Assembly (NCBI GenBank): GCA_964016885.1
Contig: OZ024756.1
Location: 26,288,001 to 26,352,000 of the forward strand
Direction of reading: 5' to 3'
Origin: Eledone cirrhosa
Taxonomy: Eukaryota
Length of the DNA: 64,000 bases
Of the stretch, positions 54,093 to 64,000 are shown piece after piece. Position 1 is the stretch's first letter, and every line of letters begins with the position of its first letter. The notes under the pieces are model-generated. The model had not been told where the DNA came from. It saw nothing but the letters and a program-made list of their open reading frames with translations, and ran no database searches. A program made the position numbers and the translations under genes.

Positions 54093-55023
54093 CACACACA
54101 CAGTCACACACAGTCACACACACACACACGCACACACACATATATATAATGAAAGAATGAAGAATAACATGGTCGGCTGTACAAAAGGGTTTTATTTCAA
54201 GTGTTAACAATTGTTTCATTGATCAAGTGAGTCTAAAGGCCGCTAATCACTAGAAATTGCGTCACTCGACCTTAAATACAGTGTTTGTCTGATCAAATCA
54301 TCGGAATACTGAAGGATGTAACACAAGGCACTGGTATTTATATATACATCGGAGAATCAAGTAATATCTATAAATATCTATAAATACCAGTGCCCTGTCT
54401 TCATTAAGACATTCTCTCGAAGGTCACTCTGATATAAAATCTGCGACTTCGTTTGCATCCAATGCAAACGAAGTCGCAGATTTTGTGTGTGTGTGTGTAT
54501 GTGAGTGTATATTTCTTTTTACAGGGTTTGATGTGCCCCCACCTTCATTAAGCAATCAGACTCAGATAGAGGTGTGAGTGTTTGAAAGAGGGAAAAAGAG
54601 AAAGAGAAGAAAAGCTGTGATGTGTGACAACATGGATGGTTTTGTTGATATTTCTTTTATCCTGTTGTTTTTTTCTTGATGATGTTAATGGTGGGGCCTG
54701 CTGCTAATGATACTACTACAACAAAAGCAGCAACATCAACAACAACAATAACAACAAAAACAACAACGACAACATATCGCTCGGTATGCAAATGAGGTTA
54801 ATCAGCCGACGTACACATTTGAGAATACTATGTATTCTCATCAGTTCCAGCGGGTTGCAATCGAGTAGAATATACAATCTTGAGAAGGAGGAAAACACTC
54901 CGAAACAATTGTCAATTGTCGATTGTTTTCTCTCAGCTACCGCTGGAACAAAAGGATGACGTTGTCATCTGTCACGTGGTGTTTTACAAGGCTGTTTACT
55001 TGTAAACAAACCGAATATTAACT

Positions 55024-55435
55024 ATTGTTTCTACTTTTAGCACAAGGCCAGCTATTACCCCACGGTATTACTGGTACTTTATTTTATCGACCCTGTAAGG
55101 ATGAAAGGCAAAGCTAACCTCGGCGGGATTTGAACTTACAACGTAAAGGGTTATATCTCTGTGCTGCAAAGCATGGCGTCTGACGTCTGGCGCTCTACCG
55201 ATACTGCCAATGCACCACCCTAAACCGAATATTAATAATATTAGGATAATTGTTTCTACTTTTAGCACAAAGCCAGCAATTACCCCAGGGTATTACTGGT
55301 ACTTTATTTTACCGACCCCGTAAGGATGAAAGGCAAAGTTAACCTCGGTGGGATTTGAACTCAGACCGCAAAGGGCCGTAACTCTATGCTGCAAAGCATG
55401 GCGTCTGACGCTTTTCCGATACTGCCAATCGACTG
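55024..55435 (-). mobile_element. Two tandem SINE family A copies
   Basis: Core motif and B-box present twice. Confidence 0.8.
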
Positions 55436-55690
55436 TAACGAATACAACAACAACAAGAACAACAACACCTTCCAAAAACAAACAAACAAACAACAACAAT
55501 AAAATGATATCAATAACTCAATCAATTAATAGAAAAAGTTCAAGAAAATCTTAATGTATCTAAATAAATGATCGATAACTTCGATGTGATTGCGATATCA
55601 ATTTTATTTTATAACATACAAAATAAAGGTTTAATGTCCATTATTTCGTTTGAAGATTTTAGAACAACACAAAAGACAACACTATTTGAA

Positions 55691-55764
<74 letters not shown>

Positions 55765-55789
55765 GCATATATATACATGCATATATATA

Positions 55790-55846
<57 letters not shown>

Positions 55847-56195
55847 TATAAATATTGTGTATATTGTATATATTAGATATTGCATACATTGTACATATTT
55901 ATATAAATGTTTGTGTGTGTGTATGTGTGTGTGTACGTATGTACGTACGTATGTAAATGCATATATATATATTTTTGTAGACACTAGAGTCACGTTTTGA
56001 ATGTTCTGAGCAATATCGTCTGCTGAACATGGAAAAAAAACTTGTACACACACACAAAGAAAAAAAAAATCGATTTGAATATTGCTTAATAAAGATAAAT
56101 AAACATATTGTTATATAATGGTGCATAAATATGTGGAATAGACGGGAAAATGTATAGTAAAAGATCGTTAGTAGAAATGGCAATCCGTAAATATG

Positions 56196-56267
<72 letters not shown>

Positions 56268-57696
56268 CTGACATTAGGGAACTCGTGATAGTAATCTATT
56301 CAAAGTTCCACATCTAATTACATATTCAAATATAAAAGAGACAGATTTGTCTTCAGAAAGAAGCTAAATTGATTTGTTTAACAAACAAAAACACAAAACC
56401 AAGAAACTTTACATTTCAAACACGCAATCCCATTGGCTAGCTAGCTAACGTCCAACTCTCGCCAGGTTTCTTAGTACAACAGCGTTAACAGGCAAAACAT
56501 AGTCTTGAGTCACCAACACAACCTGCCATGTTGAAAAGAATAAGGTAAAATCTTGACTTTTCACAGAAATCTTTGATTCATACCGAATTTTCAGAAAAGG
56601 CATGTTAGACTAGATATAGACTATATATAGTAGTTGCCACTATAATAAGTATTAACAAAATTGTATTTCCAGGGCGTGGCTGACGAGGAGAATAGATGCC
56701 TGTATTCTTTTATCGTATATATAGTTACTTTGGGAGCCCCTACATGGACACACTAGAAGAGGAAGACCAAGGTTAACATATGTTGATGCCCTAAGGACAG
56801 ACACTGGTCTGTTGGAGATGCAGGATATGGCAGCGATAATGAGGGACAGAGACCGCTGGAGAGAACTCGTCCATGGATCTCGGGGAATTTTACCCGCCTT
56901 AGATAGATAGATAGATAGTTACTCAAACACACACACATATATGTATGTGTTATTGTGTATGTGTGTGTGTGAGTGTGTGTGTGTGTATGTATGTGTGTGT
57001 ATGTGTATATGTGTGTGTGTGTATGTATATGTGCGCGCGCGTGTGTGTATGTGTGAGTGAGTGTGTGTGTGTGTGTGTCTATGTATGTGTGTGTGTATGG
57101 GTATATATGTGTGTGTGTATGTATGTGTGCGCGCGTGTGTGTATGTGTCTGTGTATATGTGTGTGTGTGTGTTGACGTTTTCTACGTATGAGTGTCTGGA
57201 TATGTGTGTATGCCTATGTGTATTTGTGTGTATAGATATAATCTTTACTACTGTAAGCTATTTGTATAATTCATACATACGTATTTCGTATTAACTGGAG
57301 CTGTTGCAAACGATTGCGTTCATACGTAGCAGATAATTGAATGATCCTTAGATAGGGGGTTACCTGTGGAATTTGGGGGTGGGTACTAAAATATAAGCAG
57401 TCGTGAAACAACAGCGGATACTACCTAAAAAGGCAGTGGATTGGTAGTGTGACATGCAATTCTCTAAGGCAGGGTGTTAACGCAGACTCTAAATAAACCT
57501 ATCCCAAGTGGAAGAATCCACTGTAAACTGATAGGTAGTTCAACATCAATCTTAGTTTTACGAAGAAACTGTGCCTGAACAAGGAATTGGACAGCCACGT
57601 TACTTTTGTATAACTGTTAAAGAACGGCGTTGGAAACGAGATATGTCCAACCCCTTCAAAAGAGAGGGAATATAATTGAATTGATAATTGCAGAAA

Positions 57697-58180
57697 AAAG
57701 GAGCTGATCATCATATCAGACCAATGAAGCAATGTTTTCATTGGTCTTTCTATTGCTGATACTATCTGTTGGTCACTATTCCATTGCTGATACTAACTCC
57801 TGGTAAGGAGCTGATCATCAGATTAGACCAAAGAAACAATGTTACCATTGGTCTTTCAATTGCGAATATTATCTGTTGGTCATAACTCCTGCAGAAGAAA
57901 AGAGATGATCATCAGACCAGGCAAATGAAATAATGCTTCCATTGGTTTTCCCGTCGCTTGGTCACAACTCCTGGTAAGAAGAAAGGAGCTAATCGTTAGA
58001 TCGAACCAAGGAACAATGTTTCCATTGATCTTTCCATTTCTGATACTGTATGTTGGTCACGTCACAATTCCTGGTAAGATGAAAGGAGCTAACCGTTAGA
58101 CCGAACCAAGGAACAATGTTTTCATTAGTTTTTCCATTGTTGATACTGTATTTTGGACACAACTCCTGGTAGAAAGAGCT
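57697..58180. repeat. Diverged ~85-110-bp tandem repeat, about 5 copies
   Basis: AAGGAGCT..AGACC..CAATGTT..CATTGGTCTT..GTTGGTCAC..AACTCCTGGT recurs. Confidence 0.75.
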
Positions 58181-58667
58181 GGGATTTGAATTCAGAATAC
58201 ACATAGTTGGATCAAACATTACATAGTATCTTGCCTATTTCTTTAACAATTCCGCTAATCCACCAGTCCATGGACAAGTGATTTATTTATATATTTCAAT
58301 ATTGTATGTAATCAGTGTTTGGAATAATGGAAACAATAATACAATTAGTCCTATTAATATTATGTTCTTTCAACCCTATATTGTATCCTTATATTTCTAT
58401 AGCTGACTGATCAGTTGGCTGGTTTACTGGCTGGCTAATTTGGTTGATTCGTTGAGCTGCCTGATTGGTTGGTTCATTGGTTAGTTGGCTGGCTGGCTGT
58501 TTTCTTTCCTCTTGATTAAATCAGCGTTAAAATCCACACCGCCATTTTGTTTTCCTGTCATTTGTCCTTGTAACTTCCCCAGCATCTGTCAACCTTCGGG
58601 CCAAATCTTCTCTGTTGTGCTATTCAAATAATATCGTTATTTTTTTTTATTTTAATCTAATAATAAT

Positions 58668-59079
58668 AATTGTTTCTACTTTTGACACAAGGCCAGCAAT
58701 TACCAGTACATTACTGGTACTTTTTATTTATCGACCCCGTAAGGATGAAAGGCAAAGTTAACCTCAGCGGGATTTGAACTCAGGTTGTAAGGGGACGTAA
58801 CTACGCTGGAAAGCATGTCTGACCCTCTACCAATACTGCTAATAATAATTGTTTCTACTTTTGGCACAAGGCCAGCAATGTTTTGGTGGGAGGGGGAAAG
58901 TCGATTAAATTGACCCCAGTGGTACTTTATTTTATCGACCCCGTAAGGATGAAAGGCAAAGCTAACCTCGGCGGAATTTGAACTCAGACCGCAAAGGGCC
59001 ATAACTCTATGCTGCAAAGCATGGTGTCCGACGCTCTACTGATACTACCAATCCACCAATAATAATAATGATAATAATG

Positions 59080-59113
<34 letters not shown>

Positions 59114-59318
59114 TTTCTACTATAGGCACAAGGCCAGTAATTTGGGGGGAAGGGAAAAATCTATTAAATCGACTCCAGTACGTTACTGGTACTTTATTCT
59201 ATCGACCCCTGTAAGGATGAAAGGCAAAGTTAACCTCGGCGGGATTTGAACTCAGACCGCAAAGGGCCATAACTCTATGCTGCCAACCATGGCGTCCGAC
59301 CCTCCACCGATCCTGCGA
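58668..59318 (-). mobile_element. Three tandem SINE family A copies in (TAA)n
   Basis: Core motif three times, separated by TAA tracts. Confidence 0.82.
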
Positions 59319-59641
59319 ATAATCTCAACAAAGGTCCCTTACAATGTTGAGCCGATTACACTAACTACTAAGCCACGCCCTTCATAAGTCTCAGAGTAGG
59401 ACCATTCACTCAGACCCCATGCTTACAACTCTCACTCATGTTTTCCTGTCTACCTTGTTCTCTCTGTGTGTTTGTGTGTGTGTGTGTTGTGTTGTGTTGT
59501 GTTGTGTTGTGTTGTGTTGTGTGTGTGTTGTGTTGTGTTGTGTTGTGTTGTGTGTGTGTGTGTGTGTGTTGTGTGTTGTGTTGTGTGTGTGTTGTGTTGT
59601 GTTGTGTTGTGTTGTGTTGTGTGTGTGTGTGTTGTGTTGTG

Positions 59642-59702
<61 letters not shown>

Positions 59703-60359
59703 GTGTTGTGTGTTGTGTTGTGTTGTGTTGTGTTGTGTGTGTGTGTGTGTGTTGTGTTTCTCACCAACCCTTTATTGTATCTGTTTACAACAGTGAGATT
59801 GATTGGAGGTATCTTTTGCATGTTTGGCTGACGTTGCTCTTACTCTTGTACTTGCTGATTTCTTTTTAAATTCTATTTTTTCCCTTCCTCTCCGACAAAG
59901 ATTTGTTGTTGAACGTGTTACGGTTGTTTACATCCCATCTTGTTGTTATGGCTATTGCCATTTCTTTTCTTCCCAACATAGTTCGAGATGGTGGTTGCGT
60001 TGCTAACTGGAAAACTGCCTCTACTTCATTTCTCCCCACCTACATTCTTTCCTTGACTGGTAAACAATCTCGAAACCATGTTTATATAATCGAGTTATTT
60101 ATTGTTGTTGTTTTTTTCCCAGATAAATAAATGTTTTTCTTTTTAGTGGTATGGCTCTAAGAGGCTAAAAAAAAATTAAAAAAAGAATCGAACCAGTCCT
60201 TTACGGTCGTGGTTCGGTTTTCACAACAAACTGAAACGATAAAACATTATCAAAATCCTAAAACTATCGCAAACTATCAACAATTCTTTCACAACTTTAC
60301 AGAAACGAATGAGCACACGTCTCGTGTGGACAAGAAAAATATATAACAGCAACAACACC

Positions 60360-60400
<41 letters not shown>

Positions 60401-60719
60401 TTTCCCCAAAGTGGTTAATAATAATAGTAGTAAATAATATTAAAAAGTAGTTAAGAATAAAAAGTTCAAAACAAAAAAAAAAGAAGGGAAATTTGAAGAA
60501 TGAGATCACAGATAAAGTTTTAAAAAAAAATGAAAGGGAGCAGCAGTTTGAGTTGTGTTTCCTGGTAGCCATTATTCTTTATTGGTACCAACTTTGTCTT
60601 CACACATACAGGCTAGGAATTCTGTAAAATACACAGCAGAGAAAACAAAGACTTAAAGAGAGATGGTAAAAACATCATGATAATGGAAATGAAACAATAT
60701 TTACGGCTATTTATATGTA

Positions 60720-61024
60720 ACAACAATGGAGCTAAAGACGAGCGAGGCACTTCCCCCTGGAGCAGATACAAACTATCCAGTGTGGAAATGCCCAAACAGA
60801 CTAAGATCTGCTGTTGGACGTGCAAAATGGGGATATTTAAAGGATGGGGACGTTGTGTGTGACTGCGGCATCGAACCACGGACTATGCAGCAAGTCCTTA
60901 TATGCCCCCTGCTGGAACACCCCTACTTGGCAGAGTTTAATGAGAAAGAACAGCAATGTGTTCAGCTGTGGCGGAACCACATCTAGCCAAGCTTTGTAAC
61001 TGACACTCTTGTGGACACGATAAG
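60720..61024 (+). mobile_element. Non-LTR retrotransposon C-terminal fragment (RTE-type)
   Basis: WKCPNRLRSAVGRAKWG...CDCG...TMQQVLICP zinc-knuckle-like end. Confidence 0.55.
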
Positions 61025-61224
61025 NNNNNNNNNNNNNNNNNNNNNNNNNNNNNNNNNNNNNNNNNNNNNNNNNNNNNNNNNNNNNNNNNNNNNNNNNNNN
61101 NNNNNNNNNNNNNNNNNNNNNNNNNNNNNNNNNNNNNNNNNNNNNNNNNNNNNNNNNNNNNNNNNNNNNNNNNNNNNNNNNNNNNNNNNNNNNNNNNNNN
61201 NNNNNNNNNNNNNNNNNNNNNNNN
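61025..61224. other. Assembly gap (200 N)
   Basis: Run of N. Confidence 1.
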
Positions 61225-61386
61225 TGTGTATATGTGTGCGTGTGCGTGTGTGTGTATATATATATATATACATATACACATGTATATATATATATACACA
61301 TATAAATATATATATACTACAACGATATATATATATATATAGATAGATAGATATGTAGATATATGTGTGTGTATGTGTGCGTGTGC

Positions 61387-61432
<46 letters not shown>

Positions 61433-61435
61433 GTG

Positions 61436-61500
<65 letters not shown>

Positions 61501-62072
61501 ATATATATATATATACAGAGAGAGTGAGAGTGAGAGAGGGAGAGAAGGGTGGAGATAGAGTCGAGGCTGCGTGTGAGTGCGTGTATGTAACTGAGTGTAT
61601 GTTTCCGTAACTGAGTGTATATCTATGTGGGGGTGAGGTGAGGTGAGGGTGAGGTGCGGTGAGGGTGAGGTTCGGGTGGCGTTGGGGTGGGGTGGACTTG
61701 ATAGCAATCTCATAGTGAGATGTTCCAATTTCATCTCATCTGAAAATGGTGGTTCCGTTTCAAAACATATTTATAAATGTGTGTGTATGTGTATAAAAAA
61801 ATATGTGTGCGTGGGTGTGTGTCTATGAGTGTATATATGTGTGTATGTGTGTGTATGTGTGTGTGGGGGGGGCTGTCTGAGGGTGTCTATATACGTGTAC
61901 ATGTGTTTGGGTACCGCACGTGTGTGTAATTATGCATGTATGTGTGTGTACATGCACGTGTATAAGTAGGCATATGTATATATGCATACATATATACATA
62001 TATGTATGTGTGTATGTGTGTGTATATTTGTGTGTATGTGTATGTATATATGTGCATGTGTGTGTATGCATG

Positions 62073-62132
<60 letters not shown>

Positions 62133-62146
62133 TACGTATATTTATG

Positions 62147-62224
<78 letters not shown>

Positions 62225-62239
62225 TACGTATATTTATGC

Positions 62240-62290
<51 letters not shown>

Positions 62291-62312
62291 CGTATATTTA
62301 TGTATATTTATG

Positions 62313-62390
<78 letters not shown>

Positions 62391-62474
62391 CATATATATA
62401 TATACACATATACATATACATATACATACATATATATATATATGTATGTATATATATATACGTAAATATATACG

Positions 62475-62650
<176 letters not shown>

Positions 62651-63174
62651 ATGTATATATATATATATATATGTGTGTGAGTGTTATAGGGAGAGATATG
62701 GAAATGTATGCAAGAATTAATTGGTGTTCCAAAGAATAAGTTGGCCAGTAGTTTTGGGTCAAAATTGTTATTTCCTCAGTAAATATCATTAATAAGAGAG
62801 GCGTAGGCGGTGACTTGGCAGAGTCATTAGGATATCGGATAGAATACTTTGTGGTATATGTTCCGGTTTTCTGTGCTACCTCAGTTCAAATTCCGCCATC
62901 GTCTTTTTTATCTTTCATCCTTTCGATTTCGAGGACGATAAAAAAAAGGTATCAATCCACTACTGGCATCGATTCTTCCTCTATATCTTTTTTCTCACTT
63001 CCTCTCTATCATTCTTTCTCTGTCTCTGTCTCTCTTTCTCTCCCCCCCCCCCTCTCCCTCTCTCTCTCACTGGAAGAAATCGGCTGTGTCCAAATCCAGA
63101 GAAGTGATGAGCTCCGCCATATTTAAAATACCCCAAATACTCTATCATGAGTTAAGGATCCATACATACTTAAT

Positions 63175-63720
63175 AATTGTTTCTACTTTTAGCACAAGGC
63201 CAGCAATTATTACCCAGTGCATTACTGGTACTTTATTTTATCGACCCCATGAAGGATGAAAGGCAAAGTTAACCTCGGCGGGATTTGAACTCAGACCACA
63301 AAGGGCCGTAAGTCATTGCTGCAAAGCATGGCGTCCGACCCTCTACCGATACTGCCAAAATAATAAATAGAAGGGACCTCCGCCAGTTTTGACTGTGAAT
63401 GATCCAGTTGTTTGATCAATTGAACTACCAACTCTTGAAAAGAGTGTGTCAGGGCCTTAGCATTCCACAGACACGTGTATCCTTAATGTAATTCTCGGGG
63501 AGATTCAGTGTGACACTGTGCGTGGCAAGGCTGATCCTTTAAAAATATAATTGTTTCTACTTTTGGCACAAGGCCATCAATTATCCCAGTGCTTTACTGG
63601 TACTTTATGTTATCGACCCCGTAAGGCAAAGTTAATCTCGGCGGGATTTGAACTCAGATCGTAAAGGGTCATAACTCTATACTGCAAAGCATGGCTCTAC
63701 CGATACTGCCAATCCACTAC
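63175..63720 (-). mobile_element. Two SINE family A copies
   Basis: Core motif and B-box at ~63175-63358 and ~63548-63720. Confidence 0.8.
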
Positions 63721-64000
63721 CCTCTAAAAATATAATGTCGTCCGTAAACACAAAGAAGCAAACATATACATATAGGTACACCAGGTCCGAATACTGAGGG
63801 GCCGAACTCCCACAGTCATGGCCGCCATCTCTCTCGCCCTCCCCATCTTTTACTATTATGAACAAATGGGGTCCCACGTCCTGGCCGCCCTACGGCCCCG
63901 GCAGATTTTAAAATACAGGAACAATCCATCTGACTGGCTGCCAAACAGTTTCCGTCTACCCAGTTTCAATTCATAAAGTATGGGTTCACTTTTTTACCCA

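Overview
This is AT-rich, microsatellite-dense animal genomic DNA, not prokaryotic. The SINE and microsatellite landscape suggests an octopod cephalopod, which is an inference. Bases ~786-37371 on the + strand carry the 3' part (22 recognisable exons) of an ABCA-subfamily ABC transporter (ABCA5-like): NBD1, R1, TMD2, NBD2, R2 and the stop codon. The 5' end lies upstream of the window, and one exon has an apparent 1-nt frameshift. The rest is introns and intergenic DNA containing tRNA-derived SINEs, piggyBac-like and hAT-like MITEs, a deleted mariner, fragments of RTE, Tx1/L1, CR1, CRE and R4-like LINEs, a Penelope-like RT remnant, minisatellites and a 200-N gap. The most unusual signal is a set of short elements in or next to (TA)n tracts. 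They carry minimal type I hammerhead-ribozyme motifs, and several are folded into near-perfect inverted repeats with arms of 118-259 bp. They look like Penelope-derived, retrozyme-like fold-back elements. All calls come from reading by eye; no searches or folding programs were run.
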